From assembly GCA_001513185.1 (NCBI GenBank), contig LFST01000046.1, positions 18,161 through 82,160 of the forward strand: a stretch of 64,000 nucleotides of DNA, written 5' to 3'. The translations under genes and the position numbers were made by a program. This DNA is from Candidatus Fermentithermobacillaceae bacterium DTU015 (GTDB lineage: Bacteria; Bacillota; Sulfobacillia; Fermentithermobacillales; Fermentithermobacillaceae). This document shows, piece after piece, positions 48,851 to 59,979 of this stretch. The notes beneath the pieces are model-generated. The model saw only the letters and a list, made by a program, of their open reading frames with translations. It made no database searches and was not told the DNA's origin. The stretch's first letter is position 1; each line of letters starts with the position of its first letter.

Positions 48851-50137
48851 ATGAAAGGGGCAATGGGCGTGGGCCCACTGTTAGAATTGGTAAAATCGGT
48901 GATACGGTCCTATCCGGGGATATTCTCTAACCCCGTTGTAGACCTGCTTTACCTGGTGGTCCTGGGGCTTATAGCCAGTCAGTATTCGAGGATCCAGCGC
49001 ACCGAGGAACAACTGTATGGTACTGCGTCCAACAAGGCGTTTTACCAGACCCTTACTGCAGTAGGGTTAGGGCTCCTGGGAGGGCTGCTTGCCAGCATAC
49101 TGCTGGTGTTCATAGGTGTATCCGTGACAGACAGCGGTATTACCTACCTCATGCCTATCGCCCTGGTGTTGTACCTGTTCAGCCCTAGGTTGCTTTGCTT
49201 TTCCTACGCCGGCGGGTTGGCCGCGTTAAGCCACCTCATATTCGGATGGCCTCAGGTGAACGTGCCGGCCCTGATGGCCCTGGTAGCCTGCCTCCATGCT
49301 GCAGAAGCTTTCCTCATCCTGCTTTCAGGGCATACCTGTTCCACGCCCCTTTACGTGTCCCACGAGAACGGCGACGTGGTAGGCGGCTTCGCCTTGCAAC
49401 GATTTTGGCCTATCCCTTTGATAGTGCTGTTTCTCATCAAGGTACCCGATCTGTCCCAGGTGCCTGATTTGATATACTTGCCAGATTGGTGGCCCCTGAT
49501 CAAGGCGCCTGAAATCCCCGGCCCGGGCGAGCCTGTGTTCGCCATGATGCCGCTCATAGCAGCCCTGGGCTACGGGGACATCGCCGTGGCCAGGAACCCA
49601 AGGGATAAGGCGAGGATTACCGCGAGAAACCTCATGTGGTTCAGCGTGGTGCTGCTGCTCTTGTCGATTGCTGCGTCCAGGTGGCAACCGTTTGTGTGGG
49701 TAGCAACCCTGTTTGCCCCCATCGGGCATGAGATAGTGATAAAGGCCGGGCTCCGTGAGGAATACGGGCAAAAGCCCATCTATACTCCGGTGGAGCAAGG
49801 GGTGTTGCTGCTTGACGTGGCAGAAGGCAGCCCCGCCAAGCAAGCAGGGCTTAGAAGCGGCAACATTATCCGCCTGGTGGACGACGTGCAGGTAAGCGAC
49901 AAGGCGTCGCTGGAAGCTGCGCTTTCAACTATTTCCGGGCCGGTATCCCTGTGGATCCTTGAATCCCGGGACAGCCAGGAGCTGCGCCAAGTGACCGTGG
50001 ACAGGGAAGCCGGCCAAGAATTGGGCCTCATCCCCGTACCTCAACCTGACGACCAAGCTATGGCTGCGTCCAACTCTGACGGAGTGCTGCTTAGGTTCTT
50101 CAAGAACCTTCTTAGAGGCAAGCAGGCTGATAATTAG
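48851..50137 (+). CDS. MinJ-like polytopic membrane protein with C-terminal PDZ domain
   Basis: Six to eight TM segments, then PDZ (LLLDVAEGSPAKQAGLRSGNIIRLVDDVQV). Located between ctpB and uvrB, as minJ is in B. subtilis. An alternative start is the ATG at 48863 after GAAAGGGG. Confidence 0.65.
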   Translation: MKGAMGVGPLLELVKSVIRSYPGIFSNPVVDLLYLVVLGLIASQYSRIQRTEEQLYGTASNKAFYQTLTAVGLGLLGGLLASILLVFIGVSVTDSGITYLMPIALVLYLFSPRLLCFSYAGGLAALSHLIFGWPQVNVPALMALVACLHAAEAFLILLSGHTCSTPLYVSHENGDVVGGFALQRFWPIPLIVLFLIKVPDLSQVPDLIYLPDWWPLIKAPEIPGPGEPVFAMMPLIAALGYGDIAVARNPRDKARITARNLMWFSVVLLLLSIAASRWQPFVWVATLFAPIGHEIVIKAGLREEYGQKPIYTPVEQGVLLLDVAEGSPAKQAGLRSGNIIRLVDDVQVSDKASLEAALSTISGPVSLWILESRDSQELRQVTVDREAGQELGLIPVPQPDDQAMAASNSDGVLLRFFKNLLRGKQADN

Positions 50138-50183
50138 CAAAGGCTGCCTAACCTCTGGCTCTGTTCGCTACGTGTGAAATATA

Positions 50184-50218
50184 GAACATTTGATCGCATT
50201 GCCCTGTGAAGTTATAAT
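50184..50218 (+). promoter_or_regulatory. Candidate uvrB promoter (TTGATC-17-TATAAT) overlapping a Cheo/LexA-box-like GAACATTTGATC
   Basis: GAAC-N4-GATC at 50184-50195 is one mismatch from GAAC-N4-GTTC. -35 at 50190-50195, -10 at 50213-50218. Confidence 0.4.
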
Positions 50219-50239
50219 GATAGAACGGAGGAATCGGCA

Positions 50240-52249
50240 ATGCGTACATTTGAGCTGGTATCAGAGTTTACGCCCAGAGGGGACCAACCTGAAGCCATCG
50301 ATGCCCTGGTGTCAGGGGTCGAGCGAGGCTACAGGCATCAGGTCTTGCTTGGGGTGACAGGATCGGGCAAGACATTTACCATCGCCAACGTTGTGGCCAG
50401 GCTCAACCGGCCCACTTTGGTGATTTCACACAACAAGATCCTGGCTGCACAGCTTGCCAGCGAGTTCAAACATTTTTTCCCCAATAATGCAGTTGAGTAT
50501 TTCGTTAGCTACTACGACTATTACCAGCCGGAGGCCTATATCCCCCACACTGACACCTACATAGAAAAAGATGCGCTGATAAACGAAGAGATCGACAAAC
50601 TCAGGCACTCGGCGACGTGCGCCCTGTTTGAGCGGCGGGATGTACTGGTTGTGGCTAGCGTGTCATGCATATATGGCCTGGGTTCCCCTGGGGACTACAG
50701 GGACCTGGGGCTGTCTCTGCGTGCAGGGATGATAAGGGACCGGGACGCGATCCTCAGGCGCCTTGTTGACATCCAGTACGTCAGAAACGACGTTGATTTC
50801 CAGCGGGGTACGTTCAGGGCACGGGGGGATACCATTGAGATCTTCCCGGCAGGTTATTCCGACAAAGCCGTAAGGGTTGAGATGTTTGGCGACGAGATCG
50901 AAAGGATCCTGGAGTTTGACGTGCTCACAGGCAAGGCGCTTGCAGAACTAAACCACATTATGATTTACCCGGCCAAGCACCATGTGGTCAAAGACGAGAA
51001 GATGCAAGCTGCCATAAGGTCTATTGAGGAGGAATTGGACCAGAGGCTCAAAGAGCTTAGAGACCAAGGCAAGATCCTTGAAGCATACCGCCTGGAGCAG
51101 CGTACCCGGTTCGACCTGGAAATGCTTGAGGAAATGGGGTACTGCCCGGGCATTGAAAACTATTCCCGCCACCTTACAGGACGGTCCCCGGGCCAGCCTC
51201 CGTATACGCTGCTGGACTTCTTCCCTGAAGATTTCCTGGTGGTAATAGACGAATCCCACGTGACCCTCCCGCAAATCCGGGCAATGTATGCAGGGGATCG
51301 TTCCAGGAAAGAATCCCTGGTGAACTACGGGTTCAGGTTGCCATCGGCTTTTGACAACCGTCCCCTTACTTTTGAGGAGTTCATGGACAAGGTGGGCCAG
51401 GTGATATACGTATCTGCTACCCCAGGGGATTTTGAACTTGAGATGGCCTCTCAAGTGGTTGAGCAGGTAGTCAGGCCCACAGGGCTGGTTGACCCTGTGG
51501 TGGAAGTACGGCCTGTCAAGAACCAGATAGACGACCTAATCGGCGAAATACGAAAAGTGGTGGCGCGCAACGAACGGGTGCTCATAACCACTTTGACCAA
51601 ACGGATGGCCGAAGACCTTACCGAGTACCTGCGGGAAGTAGGTATAAAAGTAAGGTACATGCACTCTGATGTGGAAACCATAGAACGGATGGAGATTATA
51701 CGGGACTTGCGCCTGGGGGTATTTGATGTCTTGGTAGGCATCAACTTGCTCAGAGAAGGGTTGGACCTGCCCGAAGTGTCTTTGGTGTGCATACTTGACG
51801 CTGACAAGGAAGGTTTCCTAAGATCAGAGACATCCTTGATACAGACAATTGGCCGGGCTGCCCGGAATGTCAACGGTAAAGTTATAATGTACGCTGATAC
51901 AATAACCGGCTCGATGGAACGGGCCATCAAAGAGACTGAAAGACGCAGGGCCAAGCAAACTTTGTACAACAAAAAGCACGGGATTACCCCAAAAACCGTC
52001 CAGAAGCAAGTTCACGATGTAATCCAGCACGGCAAACCTCTGGAAGAGCCGGAAACCCTGCTCAGGGACAAGAGTTTTGATGAGCTTCCCAAGCAGGCCG
52101 TGCCTGAACTTATCGACAAGCTCATGGCGGAGATGAAGGAAGCGTCAGCCAACCTTGAGTTTGAAAGGGCGGCAATACTGAGAGATATGATATTTGAGCT
52201 GGAAAAGCAGCTAGACAAGCCCAGAAGGCAGCTTAAGCGGCGCAAATAA
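50240..52249 (+). CDS. uvrB: Excinuclease ABC subunit B
   Basis: [10 protein letters not shown] Walker A, beta-hairpin region, and C-terminal UvrB-UvrC interaction helix. Confidence 0.97.
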   Translation: MRTFELVSEFTPRGDQPEAIDALVSGVERGYRHQVLLGVTGSGKTFTIANVVARLNRPTLVISHNKILAAQLASEFKHFFPNNAVEYFVSYYDYYQPEAYIPHTDTYIEKDALINEEIDKLRHSATCALFERRDVLVVASVSCIYGLGSPGDYRDLGLSLRAGMIRDRDAILRRLVDIQYVRNDVDFQRGTFRARGDTIEIFPAGYSDKAVRVEMFGDEIERILEFDVLTGKALAELNHIMIYPAKHHVVKDEKMQAAIRSIEEELDQRLKELRDQGKILEAYRLEQRTRFDLEMLEEMGYCPGIENYSRHLTGRSPGQPPYTLLDFFPEDFLVVIDESHVTLPQIRAMYAGDRSRKESLVNYGFRLPSAFDNRPLTFEEFMDKVGQVIYVSATPGDFELEMASQVVEQVVRPTGLVDPVVEVRPVKNQIDDLIGEIRKVVARNERVLITTLTKRMAEDLTEYLREVGIKVRYMHSDVETIERMEIIRDLRLGVFDVLVGINLLREGLDLPEVSLVCILDADKEGFLRSETSLIQTIGRAARNVNGKVIMYADTITGSMERAIKETERRRAKQTLYNKKHGITPKTVQKQVHDVIQHGKPLEEPETLLRDKSFDELPKQAVPELIDKLMAEMKEASANLEFERAAILRDMIFELEKQLDKPRRQLKRRK

Positions 52250-52276
52250 CGAGACACAAACAAGGGAGACGCGGAG

Positions 52277-55171
52277 ATGCCTGACGACAAGCTGATTATA
52301 GAAGGCGCACGCCAGCATAACCTGAAAAACATAAACCTGGAGATCCCCCGGAACACTTTGACGGTAATTACCGGGCTGTCAGGTTCCGGTAAGAGTTCTT
52401 TGGCTTTTGACACCATATATGCTGAGGGGCAGAGGCGGTACGTCGAGTCCCTGTCTGCATACGCCAGGCAGTTCTTGGGGCTCATGAACAAGCCTGACGT
52501 GGACCGCATAGAAGGGCTGTCCCCTGCGATTTCCATAGACCAGAAGGCAGGCAGCCGTAACCCCCGTTCTACTGTGGCTACAGTGACGGAAATATATGAC
52601 TACTTGAGGCTGCTGTATGCCAGGATTGGCCACCCTCATTGCCCTGAATGCGGCAAGCCTGTGTCCCAGCAGACTGTGGACCAGATCGCAGATCAGGTGT
52701 TGTCCCTGCCTGAAGGCACAAGGTTCAGTGTGTTGGCACCCCTGGTGGTAGGGAGAAAAGGCGAATATACCAAGGTGTTTGAGGATATCCAAAAGGCAGG
52801 CTTCGTCCGGGCAAGGGTGGACGGGGTCACTGCAGAGATCTCAGAGTTTATCGGCAAAAGGCTGTCCAAACACCAGAAGCACACCATAGAAGCAGTGGTC
52901 GACAGGCTCATAATCAGGGAGGGCATCAGGCCACGCCTGATCGATTCTATCGAGACCGCGCTTCAGTTTTCGGGCAACCTGGTGATTATCGAAGTTATGG
53001 GTGACGAAAAGCACGACCTCATCTTCAGCCAAACCCTGGCATGTCCCGAATGTGGCATATCTATTCCAGAACTTGAACCCAGGCTGTTTTCGTTTAACAG
53101 CCCCTTTGGGGCGTGTCCGGCGTGCAACGGTTTGGGCGTCAATATGGAACTGGATCCGGATCTTATCATCCCGGATAAGCGGAAGTCCATTGCCGACGGC
53201 GCCGTGGCACCCTGGAACGGTAGTCCTGACGGTTACTACATGCAGCTTTTGGAAGCCGTGGCTGACTACTTCGGGTTTTCCACCGACACCCCCGTGGAGG
53301 AACTTGACCCTAAATACGTGGACATCATATTGTACGGCGCCCCGGACCACCAAATCCCGTTCCGGTACGAAAACAAGTACGGCAGAGTTTACGACCGTGC
53401 CATCACCTTTAACGGGGTGGTGGCCAACCTTGAAAGGCGATACAAGCAGACGTCTAGCAATTACGTGCGCCAGTGGATCGAAGGGTTCATGGCCACCGTG
53501 CCGTGCAATGTGTGCCAGGGGAAGCGGCTGAAGCCTGAAGCCCTGGCAGTTACCGTAGGTGGGCTTAACATAGCTGAGCTCACCAGCATGTCGTGTGAAA
53601 AGGCCCTTGAATTCATCCGGGGGCTTGAACTTACTGAAAGGGAAAGGCTCATCGCCCGGCAGGTGATCAAGGAGCTTTGCGCGCGGCTGGAATTCCTCCA
53701 CAATGTAGGCCTGGGTTACCTCACCCTGGACAGGCGGGCGGGCACCCTGTCAGGCGGAGAAGCCCAGCGGATCCGGCTTGCAACCCAGATTGGCTCGGGA
53801 TTGGTTGGCGTGTTGTATGTGCTGGACGAGCCCAGCATAGGACTCCACGCTAGGGACAACGGGAAACTCTTGGATACCTTGAAGCGGCTCAGGGATTTGG
53901 GCAATACGGTGATCGTGGTAGAGCACGACGAAGAAACCATCAGGGCTGCCGATTACGTAGTGGACATCGGGCCAGGGGCCGGCAAGGACGGGGGCCAGGT
54001 TGTGGTGGCGGGCACCATGGCCGATGTGATGGACTGCAAGGATTCCCTTACCGGGGCGTACCTTTCAGGCAGGAAGCAGATCCCAGTGCCCGCGCAGCGG
54101 CGCACTTCGGACAGGTTCATAAAGATTGTGGGGGCGCGGGAGCATAACCTCAAAAACATCGACGTGAAGATCCCCTTGGGTGTGTTTACCTGTGTGACAG
54201 GGGTGTCAGGCTCGGGCAAGAGCACTCTGGTAGATGATATCCTCCACAAAAAACTGGCTTCAGTGTTGCACGGTGCCAGGGAACGGGCGGGCGCTCATGA
54301 CCGGATTGAAGGCATTGAGCAGCTTGATAAAGTAATCAACATAGATCAATCGCCTATCGGCCGTACCCCGAGATCCAACCCTGCCACATATACCGGGGTG
54401 TTCACCGACATCAGGCAGCTTTACGCCATGACCCCCGAAGCCAAGATGAGGGGTTACAAGCCCGGCAGGTTCAGCTTCAACGTACGGGGCGGCAGGTGTG
54501 AGGCGTGCAAGGGCGACGGTATTATCCGCATTGAGATGCAATTTCTCCCCGATGTGTACGTGCCGTGCGAGGTATGCAATGGCAAGCGATACAACAGCCA
54601 GACTCTTGAGGTGAAATACCGGGGCAAGACCATAGCTGACGTGCTGGATATGACGGTTGCAGAAGCGCTTGAATTTTTCCAGAACGTGCCCGTGATCCGC
54701 CGGAAACTCCAGACTCTTTATGACGTAGGCCTGGGGTACATTAGGCTGGGCCAGCCTGCGACTACCTTGTCAGGTGGCGAAGCCCAGCGGGTGAAGCTGG
54801 CTACAGAGCTCTCCAGGCGGGGCAATGAAAAAACCTTGTATATCTTGGATGAGCCCACCACGGGGCTCCATTTTGAAGATGTGCGTAAGCTCCTGGATAT
54901 CTTGCACCGGCTGGTAGAAGGGGGCAGCACCGTGGTGGTCATCGAACACAACCTGGATGTGATAAAAACTGCCGATTACATCATTGACCTAGGGCCTGAA
55001 GGCGGAGAACACGGCGGGTATATAGTGGCAGAGGGTACCCCTGAAGAGGTGGCTGCGTGTCCCGCTTCGTACACAGGCCAATTCCTCAAGAAAGTGCTTA
55101 ACCTCCCGTCTAGGGTCCAGCTTGCCGCAGGGGATGGTGGGATGACGGAGGCCGGTGGAGATGGAAGCTAA
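52277..55171 (+). CDS. uvrA: Excinuclease ABC subunit A
   Basis: Two ABC modules ([12 protein letters not shown]; [11 protein letters not shown]) and zinc-finger Cys pairs. Confidence 0.97.
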   Translation: MPDDKLIIEGARQHNLKNINLEIPRNTLTVITGLSGSGKSSLAFDTIYAEGQRRYVESLSAYARQFLGLMNKPDVDRIEGLSPAISIDQKAGSRNPRSTVATVTEIYDYLRLLYARIGHPHCPECGKPVSQQTVDQIADQVLSLPEGTRFSVLAPLVVGRKGEYTKVFEDIQKAGFVRARVDGVTAEISEFIGKRLSKHQKHTIEAVVDRLIIREGIRPRLIDSIETALQFSGNLVIIEVMGDEKHDLIFSQTLACPECGISIPELEPRLFSFNSPFGACPACNGLGVNMELDPDLIIPDKRKSIADGAVAPWNGSPDGYYMQLLEAVADYFGFSTDTPVEELDPKYVDIILYGAPDHQIPFRYENKYGRVYDRAITFNGVVANLERRYKQTSSNYVRQWIEGFMATVPCNVCQGKRLKPEALAVTVGGLNIAELTSMSCEKALEFIRGLELTERERLIARQVIKELCARLEFLHNVGLGYLTLDRRAGTLSGGEAQRIRLATQIGSGLVGVLYVLDEPSIGLHARDNGKLLDTLKRLRDLGNTVIVVEHDEETIRAADYVVDIGPGAGKDGGQVVVAGTMADVMDCKDSLTGAYLSGRKQIPVPAQRRTSDRFIKIVGAREHNLKNIDVKIPLGVFTCVTGVSGSGKSTLVDDILHKKLASVLHGARERAGAHDRIEGIEQLDKVINIDQSPIGRTPRSNPATYTGVFTDIRQLYAMTPEAKMRGYKPGRFSFNVRGGRCEACKGDGIIRIEMQFLPDVYVPCEVCNGKRYNSQTLEVKYRGKTIADVLDMTVAEALEFFQNVPVIRRKLQTLYDVGLGYIRLGQPATTLSGGEAQRVKLATELSRRGNEKTLYILDEPTTGLHFEDVRKLLDILHRLVEGGSTVVVIEHNLDVIKTADYIIDLGPEGGEHGGYIVAEGTPEEVAACPASYTGQFLKKVLNLPSRVQLAAGDGGMTEAGGDGS

Positions 55172-57044
55172 TTCCCTGAACCGGGCGTGGGCAGGGTTTA
55201 GAGGCAATAGGGATGAGCTGGCCGCCTGTGTAGGCGAGCTTCCGGCTTCCCCAGGAGTATATGTGTTCCGAGGGGAAGGCGGGGAAGTGCTCTACGTAGG
55301 CAAAGCCATAAACCTCCGTAACAGGGTACGCTCATATTTCGGGTCAAATCTGTCCGCCAAGACCGAGGCGCTTATGTCCAGGGTTGAAGGGCTTGAAATT
55401 ATCGTGGTGGACTCAGAGTCAGAAGCCTTCATCTTGGAGTCCAACCTGATCAAGAAGCACAGGCCCCGGTACAACATCCTACTACGGGACGATAAGCAAT
55501 ACCCCTATCTGAGGATCGACCTCAACCAGGAGTGGCCCACTGTATCGGTGGTAAGGCGGATGAGCAAAGACGGGGCCAGGTATTTTGGGCCATTTACCAG
55601 GCCAGGGTCTGTACGGGAGACATTGGCTTTCCTGCGCAGGATCTTCCCCTACAGGACGTGTTCAGACAAGAGTCTTGCCCAAGCCACCAGGCCCTGCCTC
55701 AACTACCACATAGGGCGGTGTTTAGGCCCGTGTACCGGTCAAGTCACCCGGGAGGAGTATATGGAGACCATCAATGAGGTGGTCAAGTTCCTGGAAGGCC
55801 GGCATAAGGATGTGAGGGATCGGCTGGAAAAGCGCATGCAGGAACTTGCAGCCAAGCTGGATTTCGAAAATGCCGCAAGGGTGAGGGACAGGATCAGGGC
55901 GCTTGATGATGTGACTGAACGCCAAAAAGTTGTGCTCACCGACATGAAACACAGGGATGTGCTTGGGCTGGCGCGTTCAGGCAAATACGCGTTTGTGGCG
56001 CTGCTGCCGGTACGTGAAGGCAAACTCATGGGCAGGGAAGGGTTTGTGCTTACAGGAAGCGAGCTGGACGACGACGGTGAAGTGCTGAGAGCTTTCATCC
56101 TCCAGTACTACCCCAATGCGCCTTTTGTGCCCAAGGAAATAGTCATTCCTTCAGACCTGCCTGATGCAGAGGAAATCAGCGGGTACATCGGGGCGAAAGT
56201 GAGGGTCCCCAAGCGGGGCGTGTTCAAGCAGCTTGTGGAGATGGCGTGCGACAACGCCAGGGCCATGATGGACACCAGCATTCCCAGATACAAGCGAGAG
56301 GCCGATGAAAACTTGCAAGCCATGGAGGAACTGGCCCAAGCCTTAGGGTTGCCCGGCTTGCCCATGAGGATTGAAGGGTATGACATCTCCAACATTTCGG
56401 GCAAAGAGGCGGTAGCTTCAATGGTGGTGCTCTACAATGGCAAAGCCGACAAGTCCTCATACCGCCGCTTCCGCATAAAGACGGGGGATACACCCAACGA
56501 CGTAGCCATGATGCAGGAAGTGCTGTGGAGGCGGTTTAGAAGGGGCCTGGACGACCGGGCAAAGCTTCAGAAGCCGGGCAGTACCCTGACGCGCAAGAGC
56601 AAGTTTGCCGTATTTCCTGACCTTGTGATTGTCGATGGGGGAAAAGGCCAGGTTAACGCCGCAAAGCAGGTGTTGGACGAACTTGGGCTCGATATCCCTG
56701 TGGCAGCACTGGCTGAGAAAAATGAAGAATTGTTTCTCCCCGGCGTCAAGGACCCGGTAATCCTGCCCAGGGATTCAGGAGCTTTGTTCCTCGTCATGCG
56801 CTTAAGGGACGAAGCCCACAGGTTTGCCTTGGCGTACCACCGGAAACTCAGGCAGAAGAAGGCCTTGGATACGGTGTTGTCCGAGATCCCAGGATTAGGG
56901 CCGGTCAGGATCAAGCAGCTCCTCAAAGTTTTTGGCAGTGTGGATGCTATACGCAAAGCTTCCCTACAAGACCTGCAACAAATCGAAGGTATAGGCCCCA
57001 AACTAGCCCAAACCATCTATGAATATTTTCACCAACCGCACTGA
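55155..57044 (+). CDS. uvrC: Excinuclease ABC subunit C
   Basis: GIY-YIG N-terminus ([29 protein letters not shown]), UvrBC domain, and C-terminal RNase H-like plus HhH. Confidence 0.95.
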   Translation: MEMEANSLNRAWAGFRGNRDELAACVGELPASPGVYVFRGEGGEVLYVGKAINLRNRVRSYFGSNLSAKTEALMSRVEGLEIIVVDSESEAFILESNLIKKHRPRYNILLRDDKQYPYLRIDLNQEWPTVSVVRRMSKDGARYFGPFTRPGSVRETLAFLRRIFPYRTCSDKSLAQATRPCLNYHIGRCLGPCTGQVTREEYMETINEVVKFLEGRHKDVRDRLEKRMQELAAKLDFENAARVRDRIRALDDVTERQKVVLTDMKHRDVLGLARSGKYAFVALLPVREGKLMGREGFVLTGSELDDDGEVLRAFILQYYPNAPFVPKEIVIPSDLPDAEEISGYIGAKVRVPKRGVFKQLVEMACDNARAMMDTSIPRYKREADENLQAMEELAQALGLPGLPMRIEGYDISNISGKEAVASMVVLYNGKADKSSYRRFRIKTGDTPNDVAMMQEVLWRRFRRGLDDRAKLQKPGSTLTRKSKFAVFPDLVIVDGGKGQVNAAKQVLDELGLDIPVAALAEKNEELFLPGVKDPVILPRDSGALFLVMRLRDEAHRFALAYHRKLRQKKALDTVLSEIPGLGPVRIKQLLKVFGSVDAIRKASLQDLQQIEGIGPKLAQTIYEYFHQPH

Positions 57045-57090
57045 TCCCGAATAAACTTAAACCGGATGCTTAAAAATATTGATATAGCTA

Positions 57091-57119
57091 TTGACATTTT
57101 CAAGGTCGCCTTGTACTAT
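57091..57119 (+). promoter_or_regulatory. Candidate sigma-A promoter TTGACA-17-TACTAT for the DUF2089 operon
   Basis: Perfect -35 TTGACA at 57091-57096, 17-nt spacer, TACTAT at 57114-57119. Confidence 0.45.
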
Positions 57120-57143
57120 TATTGCCAGAAGGTGGGGATCAAA

Positions 57144-57542
57144 ATGGCGAGAGAAGTAATCGGACGTTGCCCGGTATGCTCTGAAGCCTTGGAAGTGACA
57201 GAACTTACGTGTCCCGCGTGCAACACCAGGATATCCGGGAATTTCAAGATGTGTAAGTTCTGTAGCTTAAGTGATGAGCATAAGTACTTCGCAGAGGTCT
57301 TCATCAAGAACCGGGGCAACATCAAGGAAGTCGAGAAGGAACTGGGGATTTCCTATCCTACCGTCCGCGGGCGACTTGATGCGTTGATAAGGGCCCTCGG
57401 ATACCCCGTAGATTCAGCTGCAGACCAAGCCGATGCTAAAGAGTATGCTGAGAAACGCATGGAAGTACTGGATAAGCTCGCCCGGGGTGAAATCAGCGCC
57501 ACAGAAGCTGCCAGGTTGATAAGGAATCTTGGTTCCAGGTAG
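57144..57542 (+). CDS. DUF2089-family protein (zinc ribbon plus HTH)
   Basis: CPVCSEALEVTELTCPACNTRISG and a second CKFC pair, then a helix-turn-helix-like segment. ATG at 57144 after GGTGGGGA. Confidence 0.7.
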   Translation: MAREVIGRCPVCSEALEVTELTCPACNTRISGNFKMCKFCSLSDEHKYFAEVFIKNRGNIKEVEKELGISYPTVRGRLDALIRALGYPVDSAADQADAKEYAEKRMEVLDKLARGEISATEAARLIRNLGSR

Positions 57543-57611
57543 GCAAGAGGGACGTGTTCCGCTTATGCCGCGGAACCATACCCTAAGTGTTAGTTCTAAG
57601 GAGGAACTTTC

Positions 57612-58658
57612 ATGTCCAAACAAGAGAAACTGCTGATTTTGCAGATGGTGGCCGATGGGCAGATTACGCCGGAGCAGGGTGTGGAGTTGCTCAATGCATT
57701 GGAACCGGGAAAGCCCCGTTGGGAACCATCCAGCACCGGCGGACAGCATGCCCTGGAGCAAGGGGTTGAACATGTTGTCGAGAGGGCGGAAGTTGTAGCC
57801 GAAAGCGTGGCGAGCAACATCGGCAGGATGCTGTCAGGGCTGTTCGGTGGCGGGTTTATAGGCGGCCCCACATTTGAGTTCAGGGAAGAAATCAAAGGCC
57901 AGTTCCCGGAAGAGGGCGAACTTGACTTGCGCCTGAGCAGTTCCAACGGGAGGATTAGCGTTGAAACTTGGGATCAGCCGGGTTACTTGCTTACGGTGAT
58001 CAAGAAGGGCAGGGGCCGGGATGAAGCTGATGCCAGGCAGATGCTGGAGAACTGCTACGAGTTTAGCCAAGAAGGGCTGTGCCTGACAGCTAAGAGCACC
58101 GAAACGGCCGGCATAGACCTGAGGGGGCTGTCCGTAGGTTTTGCCTTGAAAATCCCTGCATCGAGAAAGGCCTCTGTGACCTTGCGTTCTGGCAACGGCC
58201 GGATAACTTTAGACGGAGTGACAGGAAGTAGCTGTACAGCAAGTACGGGCAACGGACGGGTTGAGGTTACCAGGTGCGGATTTGACAGGGCCAAGCTCAC
58301 TACGGGCAACGGCAGGGTTGAATATGAGGGTAGCGCCGGCGAGCTCAAGGCCTCAAGCGGCAACGGGGCTATCAACGTAGAGATGAAAGGTGCAGGTGAC
58401 TGGGAGTTTAGTACTGGCAACGGACGCATAAGCATCGGCGTTGTCAGAGATGGTGACACAGGGTATGAGATGGATCTGACTGCCAGGGCCGGCGGCATCA
58501 CAGTTGAAGGTCTGGATGATGCTGATGTGATTGAGGATGTGGCTATATCCAGAAGTAGGTGGCGTTACAAGGCCCGCACTCCTGGGTTTGAACAGGCTGG
58601 TGCAAAAGGACGGATAAAAGCTACAACCGGGAATGGCAAGATTCGGGTGTGGTTTTGA
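57612..58658 (+). CDS. YvlB/LiaG-like protein: N-terminal SHOCT-like helix plus DUF4097 beta-strand repeat domain
   Basis: ILQMVADGQITPEQGVELLNAL N-terminus, then repeated (S/T)GNGR(I/V) beta-strand units (SGNGRITLDG, TGNGRVEVT, TGNGRVEYEG, SGNGAINVE, TGNGRISIG, TGNGKIRV). Confidence 0.8.
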   Translation: MSKQEKLLILQMVADGQITPEQGVELLNALEPGKPRWEPSSTGGQHALEQGVEHVVERAEVVAESVASNIGRMLSGLFGGGFIGGPTFEFREEIKGQFPEEGELDLRLSSSNGRISVETWDQPGYLLTVIKKGRGRDEADARQMLENCYEFSQEGLCLTAKSTETAGIDLRGLSVGFALKIPASRKASVTLRSGNGRITLDGVTGSSCTASTGNGRVEVTRCGFDRAKLTTGNGRVEYEGSAGELKASSGNGAINVEMKGAGDWEFSTGNGRISIGVVRDGDTGYEMDLTARAGGITVEGLDDADVIEDVAISRSRWRYKARTPGFEQAGAKGRIKATTGNGKIRVWF

Positions 58659-58672
58659 AAGGAGAGCCTGGT

Positions 58673-59050
58673 ATGGAACAAGAACGCCTTCGGATTTTGC
58701 AGATGCTAAAAGACGGAAAGGTAACTGTAGATGAAGCGCTAAAGCTGCTGGAAGCTTTGGAAGCCGGAGCCGTGGAAGCTGAACCGGTGGAGCGGCCTAG
58801 GGCTAGATGGTTCAAAATACGGATTACCGAACGTGGGCAAGACAAACCTAAGGTGATGGTAAACCTGCCTGTGGGGCTTGTGGACTGGGCGCTGAAGACG
58901 GGCAACAAATTTATGGCTCTGGGCGGCGCAGAAATGGAAAATATAGATCTCAACCAGCTGAGACTGGCGTTGCTCCATGGCGGTACCGGCAAAATCATCG
59001 ACGTGGTAGATGACGAGGATGGCACCCACGTAGAGATAAGCCTGGAATGA
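58673..59050 (+). CDS. Small SHOCT-like domain protein
   Basis: N-terminus ILQMLKDGKVTVDEALKLLEALE duplicates the N-terminus of the preceding gene. ATG at 58673 after AAAGGAGAG. Confidence 0.65.
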   Translation: MEQERLRILQMLKDGKVTVDEALKLLEALEAGAVEAEPVERPRARWFKIRITERGQDKPKVMVNLPVGLVDWALKTGNKFMALGGAEMENIDLNQLRLALLHGGTGKIIDVVDDEDGTHVEISLE

Positions 59051-59106
59051 CACGGTCCGGCGGCCCTGCTTTACCGGCTGGGGCGGGATTTACACCAGGG
59101 AGCGGT

Positions 59107-59973
59107 TTACTGCTCCCGCTTTTGTTTGGCCCGCAAGGCGTCGGCTTTTTGGGCAATCCGTCTCAGCCGGTGGTTTACCGCCGATTTCGATATAGGTGGA
59201 TTTAGGACCTGTCCCAGCTCCTCCATGGTAAGCGCCTGGTTATTGAGCCTGGCCTCAGCGATCTCCCTTAAGGCTTTGGGTAGCCGGTGCAATCCGATTT
59301 CCCTTTCTATGAGCAGGATGTCTTCAATCTGCTTGAGGCACGATTCGACGGATCTCGACAAATTGGCTTTGTCCATGTTCATCTGCCTCAGCACGGAGCT
59401 CTTGACCGTTTTCTGCACCCTGATGTCTTCGTACTGCAACATGGACCGGGTTGCGCCCAGCAAGGCGAGGAACTGGGAGATATTATCGGCATCTTTGATG
59501 TAAACCACCCACGCAGAACGCCGCCTTACAATCCCGCTTTTTAGCCCCTCATCGGCGATGAGCTTTTGCACAAGCAAAGCTTGGTCCTGGGTGGGTAAAG
59601 CCATCTCAAGATGGTGCCCCCGGACAGGTGATATGAGGGAGCCTTTGGTGAGGAATACTCCCCGCAGGAAACTGCGCCTGTTGTAGGCGTCATCCAGGCT
59701 GCCTTGCTTGGCGGGTTCGCTTCCCGAGAGTCTCTTCTTGAGGTAAAACAGCCTGCGCATGAGGTACGGCTTTATATGTGATCTGTGTATCGGAGGCTGC
59801 TTGCCGGCTGCCTGGAGCTTGGCGGCCTTAGCCTTGCTCTTGCCTTCCATAAGGCCGGTAATGGCACGGTACTCCCAGTAGGCTTGAGCAGTACCTGTGA
59901 TCTCAACCCTTGATAATTCTTCTTTAAGCGTTCTTGAAAATGTATCCCTTTCGCTTTTCAACTCAAAATGCAC
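59107..59973 (-). CDS. whiA: Sporulation/cell-division transcription regulator WhiA
   Basis: Degenerate LAGLIDADG-like core plus C-terminal HTH (LTMEELGQVL...ISKSAVNHRLRRI). Confidence 0.9.
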   Translation of the reverse strand: MHFELKSERDTFSRTLKEELSRVEITGTAQAYWEYRAITGLMEGKSKAKAAKLQAAGKQPPIHRSHIKPYLMRRLFYLKKRLSGSEPAKQGSLDDAYNRRSFLRGVFLTKGSLISPVRGHHLEMALPTQDQALLVQKLIADEGLKSGIVRRRSAWVVYIKDADNISQFLALLGATRSMLQYEDIRVQKTVKSSVLRQMNMDKANLSRSVESCLKQIEDILLIEREIGLHRLPKALREIAEARLNNQALTMEELGQVLNPPISKSAVNHRLRRIAQKADALRAKQKREQ

Positions 59974-59979
59974 CTGTCT

